This document shows positions 10,044 through 19,135 of a stretch of DNA of 64,000 nt, in pieces. Each line of letters starts with the position of its first letter. Position 1 is the stretch's first letter. The stretch covers positions 32,001 to 96,000 of the forward strand of contig JBBRNJ010000007.1 of the NCBI GenBank assembly GCA_038230375.1, in the 5' to 3' direction. The DNA comes from Polyangiales bacterium (GTDB lineage Bacteria > Myxococcota_A > Polyangia > Polyangiales > Polyangiaceae). The notes beneath the pieces are model-generated. The model worked only from the letters and a program-made list of their open reading frames with translations, ran no database searches and was not told the origin of the DNA. The position numbers were made by a program, and so were the translations under genes.

Positions 10044-11111
10044 GTGACGTCGCTTCCGTCGTTCGACATCCGCGGCTCGATGGCGTTCGGCGGCAGCTTT
10101 GCATCGCATGTACGCCGCCTGGATCCGAGCAAGCGCGGGCGCGCTCTCTACGGCACGCTGGATGGCCACGAGGTGATGGTCGTGACAAGCGAGGTCCCGC
10201 TTGGCGCGAAAGAGGTGCCACGTACCACCTTCGTGGTGCAGCTGGCGTCGCCGCTCTTCATGCAGCTCCTGGTGTATCCGCGCCGGACAGCAGCGTTCAT
10301 GTTCCGGAACCCAGTGGAGCCGCTGCTGGGCCTGCTGACCGGCGACGATGCGTGGGACACCGTCTACATGGTGACGGCCGCCGAGGAGGAGCGCGTGCGC
10401 ATGCTCCTGTCGCCTGCGCTGCTCTCGTCCTTGAAGGACGTGCTCACGCGATCGACCGGCGGCGCGCGCGAGCTCGCCATCAATGACACGATGGTGGGGG
10501 TCACGTTCGAAGGCACGCCGCTCCACACACCGTTCGTACAGCGGGTCCTGGGCGGCCTCATCGCGTGCGGGGCCGCGCTCTCGGCGCAGGCGCGGCAGAT
10601 CGCTCCGGCGCCCGTGCTCGCGCGACTGTCGAACGAGTGGGGCGCGTTCGCGAGTGATCGCCACCTGAGCTTCGTCCCGGAGCGCATGCACATGCGTGGC
10701 GTGTTTCCGACGTGGTCGCTGGACGTCGTGCTCGAGCCCACGCCTCGCTGCGTCTATGTGGCGGTGACAGCGCGCCTTGCGAGCACCCTGGACGTTGCCT
10801 TCGAGCTGCACGAGGGTCACATGGGCTGGCTCGCACGGAAGCTCGATCATGGGATCACGACCGGCGACGCCGACATCGACGAGCACTATGTCGTGCACGC
10901 AGACGCGACGCCGCGCGTACGTGAGATCCTGCAGCTGCCGGCCGTCCATGCCCTCCTCCTCCACCACGACTCGGAGGTGTCCCTGTCGAGCTCGCATGTT
11001 TTCTTGCGCGTGGCGGGTCTCGATCCGACGGTCGCGGTAGAACAGGTGACTGCGGCCGCGCATGCGATCATGGGGACCGACGTCCGCGCGATCGATCGCC
11101 CGTACAGATGA
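10044..11111 (+). CDS. Hypothetical protein with an internally duplicated domain
   Basis: Two similar segments, LLTGDDAWDTVYMV...RVRMLL and ITTGDADIDEHYVV...RVREIL; starts 4 nt after the GMC stop. Confidence 0.65.
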   Translation: MTSLPSFDIRGSMAFGGSFASHVRRLDPSKRGRALYGTLDGHEVMVVTSEVPLGAKEVPRTTFVVQLASPLFMQLLVYPRRTAAFMFRNPVEPLLGLLTGDDAWDTVYMVTAAEEERVRMLLSPALLSSLKDVLTRSTGGARELAINDTMVGVTFEGTPLHTPFVQRVLGGLIACGAALSAQARQIAPAPVLARLSNEWGAFASDRHLSFVPERMHMRGVFPTWSLDVVLEPTPRCVYVAVTARLASTLDVAFELHEGHMGWLARKLDHGITTGDADIDEHYVVHADATPRVREILQLPAVHALLLHHDSEVSLSSSHVFLRVAGLDPTVAVEQVTAAAHAIMGTDVRAIDRPYR

Positions 11112-11160
11112 ACGCCGACCGCGAGGCCTGTTGAACGCGTCTCAATAGTGGGCCCGCAAA

Positions 11161-11862
11161 ATGCACGTCGGGGTGGACATTCGCCGCGAGACGTACGACA
11201 AGGGCTGCGGGGCTTTCATGGGATCGCGCAGCGAACACGACGACGAGACCATCCAGTTCGCGCACGCCGTGACGGCGCAGCGGGACGGACACGAACGGCT
11301 CGAGCACGACGCTGCCGCCAGCGATGAGAAGCCCACCATCATCGCGGCCAGCCCGTCGCAGTCCATGTTGCAGGTCGCAGATCCCACGGACGCTCTGTCG
11401 TCGCCCGAGCTCGCTCATCCCGCCGACGACGAGCCCGACACCATGATGACGCTGGCACCGGAGCCCGTATCAGGGTCCATGCCCGCGTCGCGCCCACGCC
11501 TGCCGACGCCGCGCATGGATCTCCGCATGTACACGCCCGCGAGCATCGGACCCACGGCGCTGACGCTCGCGCCGCCCGCAGTTCCGCGCACGCCGTTCCC
11601 GGTGACTCGCTTCGATGGGCCCGAGACGGGCTCCTTTCAGCGCACGCCACCCTCCCAACGAGAGTCGCGCCTTCATCCCGTCGCGTGGATCGCCGTCGGC
11701 GTCATCCTCGGCGCGGGGGCGATGGCCGCGGTCCTTGTGCTGCGCGACAACAAAGACGCGCCCACGAACGCGACACCCGCAAGCGCGAACACGCCGATCG
11801 AGACCGACCTGGACAAGGTCGCACCGATGCCCAGCGCCGCCGCACCGCACGCTCCGCGCTGA
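11161..11862 (+). CDS. Pro/Thr-rich single-pass membrane protein; start may be 11218
   Basis: Low-complexity N-region, TM VAWIAVGVILGAGAMAAVLVL. Confidence 0.6.
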   Translation: MHVGVDIRRETYDKGCGAFMGSRSEHDDETIQFAHAVTAQRDGHERLEHDAAASDEKPTIIAASPSQSMLQVADPTDALSSPELAHPADDEPDTMMTLAPEPVSGSMPASRPRLPTPRMDLRMYTPASIGPTALTLAPPAVPRTPFPVTRFDGPETGSFQRTPPSQRESRLHPVAWIAVGVILGAGAMAAVLVLRDNKDAPTNATPASANTPIETDLDKVAPMPSAAAPHAPR

Positions 11863-11909
11863 GCCAGCGGAACGGGGGAACGGCTCCCAGCGGAGGGAGG
11901 AGGCGGCTC

Positions 11910-13202
11910 ATGCGGTCCATGAACTGCCTGAACAGCGAGCCGCTCAGTGACGGCACGCTGCTCCTCTTCGGGTCGTGCGGTGGCCCCAACTCTGCCACCA
12001 TCTTCGATCCGGTGAACGACAAGGCGGCGGCCGTGGCGATGCCCGCCACCGGCTACATCGCGTGCCAGTGCGCGCACCAGGCAAGCGTGTCGTACGGCAA
12101 GACCCACTACATCGGCGGCGGTCGCTTCCTCTATGACGAGACCACGGGCGTCATCACCGATCTCGGCGCGTTCGACTCCGCGGCGGTCAACCACGGGGCC
12201 GTCGTGAAGCTCCTCGACGGACGCTCGCTTGCGGCTGGCGGCTCGGTGAACTACGACAACGCATTCGCCGACCTGCTCACGGCATCGAGCTCCGCCGACT
12301 GCGCGGCGTTCGGGACGCCCACGACGCCGGTCCTCGACACCGTCAGCAAGCTCTGCAAGGCGTGCGATGGCGACAACGGCGGTGCGACAGCGCTGAAGTG
12401 CTCCACAGCGGGAGCACCGGCATGTCAGAAGGGCGCCGCGAACGCGCTCCTTGGCTCGTGCACGGAGTGCTCTTCCACGAACATCGCGCTGTGCAACACC
12501 ACGAAGCCCGCGTGTGATCTGACCAAGGGCGCGTGCGCGGCGTGCGACAAGGGCTTCGGCGTGGCCGGCGCCTTGCGAGCATGCCCAACAGCCGCGGCTC
12601 CGGCATGTCATGGCGATGGCTCGTGCATTGCCGCGAACGGTGACAACGGCACCGCGGCTTCCGACCCGTGCCCCACCGCCGCGAATCCATATGTCGCCGC
12701 TGGCGGCACATGCGGCAAGTGCGCCACCAACGCGGATTGCACGGGCGCGACCCACGCAGGTCCCATCTGCAACGTGGCCGCTGGCGCGTGCGGCACCGTC
12801 TGCGCGAGCGACACGGACTGCGGAGCGACGAACTACTGCGACAAGTCCAGCGCTACGGCAACGTGCACGCCCAAGAAGGCGGACGGCGCGAGCTGCACCG
12901 TGGCGAGCGAGTGCTCCACAGCCATGTGTACGGCCGGCAAGTGCGGCGCAGGCGCAGGCGGCACGGACGCCGGCGGTGGCGGTGGTACGGACGCGGGCGG
13001 CGGCGGCGGAACGGGCGGAGGCACCGACGCGGGCTCCGGCTCCGGCTCGCCGGATTCGGGCTCGGGCTCGGGCAACGGCGACACGGGCAATTCGGGCGGC
13101 TGTAACACGGCAGGTGGCGAGGCTCCCGCAGGCGGCTTCCTCCTCGCGGCAGCTGCGGTGATGACGTTCTTCGGTCGTCGTCGTCGTCGCAACGCGGCGT
13201 GA
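11910..13202 (+). CDS. Cys-rich MYXO-CTERM protein with kelch-like fragments; possibly N-terminally truncated
   Basis: GGAGGAGG RBS before ATG 11910; many Cys repeats; DAGGGG linker; C-terminal GGCNTA-hydrophobic-RRRRR sorting signal; no signal peptide seen. Confidence 0.7.
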   Translation: MRSMNCLNSEPLSDGTLLLFGSCGGPNSATIFDPVNDKAAAVAMPATGYIACQCAHQASVSYGKTHYIGGGRFLYDETTGVITDLGAFDSAAVNHGAVVKLLDGRSLAAGGSVNYDNAFADLLTASSSADCAAFGTPTTPVLDTVSKLCKACDGDNGGATALKCSTAGAPACQKGAANALLGSCTECSSTNIALCNTTKPACDLTKGACAACDKGFGVAGALRACPTAAAPACHGDGSCIAANGDNGTAASDPCPTAANPYVAAGGTCGKCATNADCTGATHAGPICNVAAGACGTVCASDTDCGATNYCDKSSATATCTPKKADGASCTVASECSTAMCTAGKCGAGAGGTDAGGGGGTDAGGGGGTGGGTDAGSGSGSPDSGSGSGNGDTGNSGGCNTAGGEAPAGGFLLAAAAVMTFFGRRRRRNAA

Positions 13203-13324
13203 TCGCGTGAAAGCGCCGGCGCAGGCCGGCCGTGGACCCCCGATGCGCTCGTGTCGGGGGTCCTCGTCATTTGACACACGAACGCGTGTTGGCCACCCGC
13301 TGCCTCGTCGCATATCCTGCGGAC

Positions 13325-14593
13325 GTGGTCTCGATCGACGTTGCTCCTGAGAAGCTCGGCGCCTACCGCGTCCGCGGCAAGCTCGGCGAAGGCGGCATGG
13401 CCACGGTCTATGTGGGCAACGGGCCCGACGGCAGTCTCCGCGCGCTGAAGGTCATCAAGACCGCGTACGCGGAGAACCAGGAGTTCTGCACCATGTTCCT
13501 GGACGAGGGGAAGATCTCCTCGCGCCTCTCCCACGACAACATCGTGAAGATCTGGTCCCTCGGCAAGGAGGGGAACCGCCTGTTCATGGTGATGGACCTG
13601 ATGCGCGGGCACTCGCTCCACGCGCTCAGCTGGGCCGCCAAGGAGCGCGGCATGGTGATCGGCCCGCACATCGCCGCGTACATCGGCGGGTGCATGGCCT
13701 CGGCGCTACATCACGCACACGAGGCCAAGGACGAGTCGGGCCAGCCGCTGCAGATCATCCACCGCGACGTCAACCCCAGCAACGTGCTCGTGTCTTACGA
13801 CGGCGACGTGAAGATGATCGACTTCGGTCTGGCGAAGGCTGTGAACCGCTCGTCGCAGACGGCCGCGGGCATCCTGAAGGGGAAGATCGGGTACCTGTCG
13901 CCGGAGCAGGTGAGCGGGAAGCCGCTCGACCGTCGCTCGGACGTGTTCACGCTGGGGATCACGCTCTGGGAGGTCTCGCTCGGTCGTCGCCTCTTCAAGG
14001 CGGAGACCAAGGTGGAGTCCATCCGCCTCATCCACCAGGCCGAGGTGCTCGACCCGCGCGCGCTCGAGCCCGAGTTTCCGCCGCTGCTCGCGAACGTGAT
14101 CATGCGCTGCCTGGAGCGGGACCGCGACGATCGCTATCCCACCGCGAAGGAGACGGGCTGGGCGCTCCGCGAGTACCTGCGCATCGAGCGCCCCAGCATC
14201 GACATGAGGGCCGAGCTCGCCGCGCTCATGATGCGCGTCTTCGGCGAGGAGCGCGCGGAGCAGGACGCATGGCTCGAGAAGGTGGCCAACTCACGCAGCA
14301 CCGCGCCCATGAACACGCTGCGCCCGCCGGTCATGACCCGCGGCTCGTTCGAGTCGCTGCCGCCGCTGGCTGGAACGTCGGAGCCGCCGCCAATCTCGTC
14401 GCTGCGCGTGCCGCCGTCCTCGCAGGCGCCACTCTCGAATCCGCCGTCGTCCATCGAGCCCGTGGGTCCGACCGCGGCGAAGACCACCGCATCGTCACCA
14501 TCCAGAGCGGTCTGGATGGTGCTGTTCGTCATCGTGCTCGCAGGGACCGTGGCGGCGTTGGTGATGCTTGTTTTCCGCTGGCTCTGGGGCTGA
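13325..14593 (+). CDS. Ser/Thr protein kinase with C-terminal TM anchor
   Basis: GEGGMA, ALK, HRDVNPSN, DFG, YLSPE; GTG start 6 nt after TATCCT. Confidence 0.93.
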   Translation: MVSIDVAPEKLGAYRVRGKLGEGGMATVYVGNGPDGSLRALKVIKTAYAENQEFCTMFLDEGKISSRLSHDNIVKIWSLGKEGNRLFMVMDLMRGHSLHALSWAAKERGMVIGPHIAAYIGGCMASALHHAHEAKDESGQPLQIIHRDVNPSNVLVSYDGDVKMIDFGLAKAVNRSSQTAAGILKGKIGYLSPEQVSGKPLDRRSDVFTLGITLWEVSLGRRLFKAETKVESIRLIHQAEVLDPRALEPEFPPLLANVIMRCLERDRDDRYPTAKETGWALREYLRIERPSIDMRAELAALMMRVFGEERAEQDAWLEKVANSRSTAPMNTLRPPVMTRGSFESLPPLAGTSEPPPISSLRVPPSSQAPLSNPPSSIEPVGPTAAKTTASSPSRAVWMVLFVIVLAGTVAALVMLVFRWLWG

Positions 14594-14655
14594 GCGGCCT
14601 CACGCTGCCAAGCAACCTGTTCAGCTGACCTGACGCCAAAGGTTCCCGCGGATGA

Positions 14656-15099
14656 TCACGGCGCCTTCGTCCAGATGAACACGATGGTGGTCTTCGGCGC
14701 TCCCGTCGTCTGGTACGAGATGCTGCCGGACGCGCAGGTCGGGGTGAGCACATAGTCCTCATTGCTCTTGATGACCGTTCCTCCCCCGCCTGTTCCTTCG
14801 TTCGTGTCGAACTCTGCCTGGTTCGCGTAGGGAGGAGTGCTGCACGTCTGGTTGTACGTGCCGGCAACCGTATCGAACGTGACCTCCGTGAACATCCCCG
14901 ACGGGCTCGTGCATCCGGTGCCCGCGATCTTGGCGCTGCTCGGGAGCGTGGCGCAAGACCCGCTCGGGCCGGACTCAGGCTGCGCATCCGCGATGCCGGC
15001 GTCGCTTGATGCATCCGCGCCGGAGGCGGAGCCACCTGAGCTGCTGGACGAGCACGCGGTGGCGAAGATCATTGTCGGAACCAAGAAGTGTCTGAGCAT
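14656..15099 (-). CDS. Small lipoprotein
   Basis: Lipobox FATAC-SSSS, Ser/Asp/Gly linker, small Cys-containing domain. Confidence 0.7.
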   Translation of the reverse strand: MLRHFLVPTMIFATACSSSSSGGSASGADASSDAGIADAQPESGPSGSCATLPSSAKIAGTGCTSPSGMFTEVTFDTVAGTYNQTCSTPPYANQAEFDTNEGTGGGGTVIKSNEDYVLTPTCASGSISYQTTGAPKTTIVFIWTKAP

Positions 15100-15122
15100 G
15101 CAACACGGTTAGCACGGTAGCT

Positions 15123-15171
15123 GCTCGCCGCGCTCATGATGCGCGGCGGCGACGAGCGCGCGGAGCAGGAC
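15123..15171 (+). repeat. Intergenic near-copy of kinase segment 14215-14266
   Basis: Identical GCTCGCCGCGCTCATGATGCGCG (23 nt) and GAGCGCGCGGAGCAGGAC (18 nt) blocks, separated by a short divergent stretch with a 3-nt indel. Confidence 0.85.
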
Positions 15172-15494
15172 TATCCCTTGGGCGGCGGCGGCGGGTAGAG
15201 CCCGAGCTGCTTCTGGAAGTCGAGGCGATCCATGGTCATCCAGGTCTCGACGATCTTGCCGTCCTTCATCCGAAACGTGAACACCTGTTCGATGCTCACG
15301 TGCTTACCGGTCGCAGGCATGGGCGTCTTGAACTCGAGCATCCCGGTGTGCGTCCCGTCGAAGATGGCGCGAAGCACGACACGATCGCCCTCGGCAGTGA
15401 CGTCGACGATCTCGTGGATGTGTGTCGTGCGGAAGCGCTTGCCCGTCGCAGGCAGCGCGACCTTCACGAAATCCAGCGCGCCCTCATGGAACAT
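15171..15494 (-). CDS. SnoaL-like ester cyclase / NTF2-fold protein; short, possibly truncated
   Basis: AEGDRVV...GTHTG...PATGKHV...FRMKDGKIVETW...DRLDFQKQLG. Confidence 0.75.
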   Translation of the reverse strand: MFHEGALDFVKVALPATGKRFRTTHIHEIVDVTAEGDRVVLRAIFDGTHTGMLEFKTPMPATGKHVSIEQVFTFRMKDGKIVETWMTMDRLDFQKQLGLYPPPPPKG

Positions 15495-15513
15495 CGTGCA
15501 AATCGGCGGAAAT

Positions 15514-18500
15514 TCAGCCGTCCTTGCCGGTCCACGCCGGGGCATAGCTGCAGAACGAGCCGGTTCGCACGGATGCGTCCAGGTACCTCCCGAGCGCGGG
15601 GCTCTGCGTCCGGACGCGCTCGATCGCATCGCGGATGCGCCGCTGCACGTTCACGCGCATGCGCTCCACGTCGGAGGCGGCCTTCCGATCGCGCCCACCA
15701 AGGCCCACCGCGCGCGCGAGCTCATCTCCCAGCGCCTCCATCTCGGCCCGTGCCTTCTCGGCGCGCCCGATGTCATTGTCGCGCGTGGCAAGATCGAGCG
15801 TCGCGCGAAGCTCGGTCGCGCGTTGGCGATAGCTGTCCTTCGCGGCTGCATCCAGTCGCGGGCCCGCGTCGCCGGTGGCAGCGTCGCCTGCGCCCGCGAG
15901 CTGCGCAACGTGAATCTCCTGATGCGGATGCGCGAGCAGCGTGGCCAGGTAGGAGAATCCCTTCGATGGCTTGAGGTGCCACTGCTCGTCCCCAGCGCGC
16001 AGCGTCCACATCTCTCCTTCCTGCATCAGCGCGATCTCGGGCGGGGCGGCAGCGGGGGCCAGGCGTGCGCGCGACGGCGGAGGAGAGGTCCCGACGTCCA
16101 GCTCCGCTCGCCTGGCCCTTGCTCGCTCCGCGAACGGCACAGCGCGGATCGACTCGCTGAAGGCGATCGCCTGATCGTAGTTGCGCCGCGCGTCGTCCTT
16201 GCGACCAAGCAGGGCGTCCATGTCGCCGAGCAGGAGTGACGTGGGGCCAAGCGTGCCGGCGCCCCCCGCCAGGTGGATGATCGGGCTCACGGCCCCGCCT
16301 TCCCCGGCGACGAAGTCGTAGAGGTCGCGGACGATCTCGCAATCCCCGACCAACGTCGCCGCATAGGCAGCCACGCCGCTCGCAGGAAGAGCGAAGACGC
16401 GCAGGAACCCCATGAACTCTCGCACGGCGCGTCCGACGCTGATGCGCGCCTCCGCCTTGTCGATCAAGCCGCAGGACGCGCGCAGCGCTGTGAAGCAGGC
16501 ACCAAAGGCGCGACCGCCCGGAAACGCGTTGAAGACCGAGTCCATGAGCTCGGCGTGAGCGTTCATGCGCGTGCCGTCTCGCCGGGCCATGTGAAGTGCC
16601 AGGTACCCGAATGCCAGGAGGAAGCGCGGGAGCGGCGTCTCGGCTGAGTCGGCGAGCAAGCGTGCCTCGGCAAGCGCCTGGTCCGCCTCCTCCCACGCGC
16701 CCGCGAGCGAGGCCCGCAGCGCGATCGCGAGCGGCAGTCGCACGCGGTAGTTCGCCTGTGGCATGCGGGCGACGAGCCGTCCCAGCTCACCGATCAAGCG
16801 GTCGCACTCTGCCAGATCGCCGAGCTCGATGGCGCTCCCGATCGCCCACGGCAGGCTCATCGCCGCGATCACGGGCCGGTCCAGCTCCATCGCCAGCGTC
16901 ACCGTCTCGCGAACGAGCACGCCTCGCTCCTCCGCTCCCACACGGAATGCAATGCCGCCCGACGCGAACTGCAGCGTATGAAGCATGGTGAGGCGATCCC
17001 CGCTTCGCCGCGCCATCGCGATGGCGTCGCGCGCGAGTTGCGTCGAAAAGGCTTCTCCCACGGGCACCGGAATCACCGCTGAGGACAGGCGCGCCATCAG
17101 ACGCGCGCGCGTCGGGGAGTCCTCGGGCCCCACCGCATCCAGTGCATCGCGAAGGAGCGTGACCATGCGCTCGTCGCGCCGACCGGTGACCAGTTCGCTG
17201 CCGTAGACCAGCGCCGCACGAACCATCAGTGGCTTGTCACCAAGGGCCTTGGCCAGCGCCGCTGCCTGCGCACACACCTCCCGCCCGCGTGGGCTCAGGC
17301 CAGACAGGAGGAGCGCCTCGCCGAGCTCGACCAGGACGGCGGCGGCCGTCGGCGTGTCCATCGCACCTCGCGACTCCAGCAGCGAGACCACCGCTTCGAG
17401 CAGCTCCGCCGCCTGCTCGAAGGCGACGCGCTCCACCGCCCTCTGGGCAGCGGCACGAACGCGAAGGACCGCGAGGTCAACATCACCGCCGTCGCGTGCG
17501 GCGTGGACCCCGTGGTGTGCGGCTTGCGCAAGCGCATCTGGATCACCAAGGGCCGCGCGGCGCGCGAGCAACTCCGCTGCGCGCGCATGGAGCTCGCCGC
17601 GACGCTTTGGCGGCAGCGCATTGTACAGCTCGTCGCGCAGCAAGATGTGACGGAACGCAACGCGATCACCTCCGCGCGGCTCCACCACGCCGAGCGCCGT
17701 CGCCTCCCGGAGCTCCGCGTCCACGCCAGCGGAGAGCTCCGCCAGCCTGGCGAGATCCGCATGCGAGGCCTCGCGGCCCAGCACCGACGCGACCTCGAGC
17801 ACGCCACGCGCAGCGCTGGAGAGCCGTCCGAGATGCTCACCGATGGCCACGCGGACCGCGTCCGACGACGAGACGTTCCACGCGCCGTCCTGCGGCATCT
17901 CCAGGAGCTCCTGCACGAAGAGCGGGTTTCCTTCCGTTGCTCGATGGACCTTCGCCGCTGCGCTGTCAGGATGACCTGCTGCGCGAAGCCAGGTGGCAAC
18001 GTCGGTCTCTTCCAGCCTGCGAAGCGCAAACGTCTCACCGTCGCGCGCGATCTTGCCGAGAAGGTCGCCGATCTCCGGACGGATGCGCGCCTCGATTTCG
18101 CGATGGGTGACCACGAGCATGATCTTCGAGGAACGAAGCCCACGCGCAACGAACTGAAGCAGCAAGAGCGACGGCATGTCGGCGACGTGCGCATCATCCA
18201 GGATGATCACGAGCGGTGTCGTCGCGGCCTCGCGCGCAAGGAGCCCCGCGACGGCGTCGAATACCTTGAACCGAGCTTGCTCTGCGTCGGCCGGCGATGC
18301 GGATGTACCGAGCTCCGGAGCTGCGTCGCTCACGCCGAGCGTGCGCGTTACCTGCGTCCACGGCCAGAAGGCAGGCGCGCCGCCCGCCTCCCAGCAGCGC
18401 CCCCACACGACGCGCATGCCGGCTCCGGTAGCGAGCGATGCAAGCTCGTCGGCGAGGCGCGTCTTGCCGATGCCAGGCTCTCCGACCACACGCACGAGTC

Positions 18501-18588
18501 GTCCATCGCCAGCGCGAACACCTTCCAGCGCCGCACCGAGCCTTCGCAGCTCCGTCTCGCGGCCAATGAAAACACTCTCGCGCCCCAC
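15514..18588 (-). CDS. STAND-like AAA ATPase with helical repeats; putative transcriptional regulator
   Basis: FIGRETEL, Walker A GEPGIGKT, Walker B VIILDDAH, TEGNPLF, FRHILLRD; C-terminal ERMRVNVQRRIR...VRTGSFCSY domain. Confidence 0.85.
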   Translation of the reverse strand: MGRESVFIGRETELRRLGAALEGVRAGDGRLVRVVGEPGIGKTRLADELASLATGAGMRVVWGRCWEAGGAPAFWPWTQVTRTLGVSDAAPELGTSASPADAEQARFKVFDAVAGLLAREAATTPLVIILDDAHVADMPSLLLLQFVARGLRSSKIMLVVTHREIEARIRPEIGDLLGKIARDGETFALRRLEETDVATWLRAAGHPDSAAAKVHRATEGNPLFVQELLEMPQDGAWNVSSSDAVRVAIGEHLGRLSSAARGVLEVASVLGREASHADLARLAELSAGVDAELREATALGVVEPRGGDRVAFRHILLRDELYNALPPKRRGELHARAAELLARRAALGDPDALAQAAHHGVHAARDGGDVDLAVLRVRAAAQRAVERVAFEQAAELLEAVVSLLESRGAMDTPTAAAVLVELGEALLLSGLSPRGREVCAQAAALAKALGDKPLMVRAALVYGSELVTGRRDERMVTLLRDALDAVGPEDSPTRARLMARLSSAVIPVPVGEAFSTQLARDAIAMARRSGDRLTMLHTLQFASGGIAFRVGAEERGVLVRETVTLAMELDRPVIAAMSLPWAIGSAIELGDLAECDRLIGELGRLVARMPQANYRVRLPLAIALRASLAGAWEEADQALAEARLLADSAETPLPRFLLAFGYLALHMARRDGTRMNAHAELMDSVFNAFPGGRAFGACFTALRASCGLIDKAEARISVGRAVREFMGFLRVFALPASGVAAYAATLVGDCEIVRDLYDFVAGEGGAVSPIIHLAGGAGTLGPTSLLLGDMDALLGRKDDARRNYDQAIAFSESIRAVPFAERARARRAELDVGTSPPPSRARLAPAAAPPEIALMQEGEMWTLRAGDEQWHLKPSKGFSYLATLLAHPHQEIHVAQLAGAGDAATGDAGPRLDAAAKDSYRQRATELRATLDLATRDNDIGRAEKARAEMEALGDELARAVGLGGRDRKAASDVERMRVNVQRRIRDAIERVRTQSPALGRYLDASVRTGSFCSYAPAWTGKDG

Positions 18589-18651
18589 GCGGGCATCATA
18601 CCCGCATGGTGGATCTCGCTACCGCTTCTTCTTGGCGCCCCGTGCTTGCGG

Positions 18652-19059
18652 TCACGCCTTCGTCTGGTTGTGCCCGCGCTTGCCTTGCGCAAACTCGACG
18701 GAGTAGCCGTCGGGATCAAGGGCGGTCATGGACCGCTCCCACGGCTCGTCATGCGGCGGCTGGTGAAATGAGACGCCCTTCGCCTTGAGCGCTTCATGGA
18801 GGCCATCGAGATCGTCCGTCGTGAACTCCACGTGCACGCCCCGCTTTTGCGCGGCGCTCGCGTCTTCGACGCCTTCTTTCCTTGCTTCGGCGAGAGCGAG
18901 AAGGCCGATGGTGCCAGCGCCCACGCGGATCATCGCGAAGGCCGGCAGGGCGTTCCATTCGACCTTGAGGCCGAGCTTTCCGCTGTAGAACTCGATTGAT
19001 CGCTCCACGCTCTCCACGGTCAGCGTCAGGCCCTCAAAGCGCATCGCGTCGTTGGTCAT
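18652..19059 (-). CDS. VOC (glyoxalase/bleomycin resistance) family protein
   Basis: SIEFYSGKLGL, HVEFTTDDLD, PHDEPWER, DPDGYSVEF. Confidence 0.9.
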   Translation of the reverse strand: MTNDAMRFEGLTLTVESVERSIEFYSGKLGLKVEWNALPAFAMIRVGAGTIGLLALAEARKEGVEDASAAQKRGVHVEFTTDDLDGLHEALKAKGVSFHQPPHDEPWERSMTALDPDGYSVEFAQGKRGHNQTKA

Positions 19060-19135
19060 CTGGCGATCTCCTGCGCGAGAAGTACTCCCGCGTCACCGGA
19101 TGCGCAACGACCTGCGTGGGCCGGATGTGCACGTC

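Noticed and set aside
13271..13276. Perfect TTGACA as -35 of the kinase promoter
   Set aside because: It lies 36 nt from the TATCCT box and has no matching -10 at 16-18 nt.
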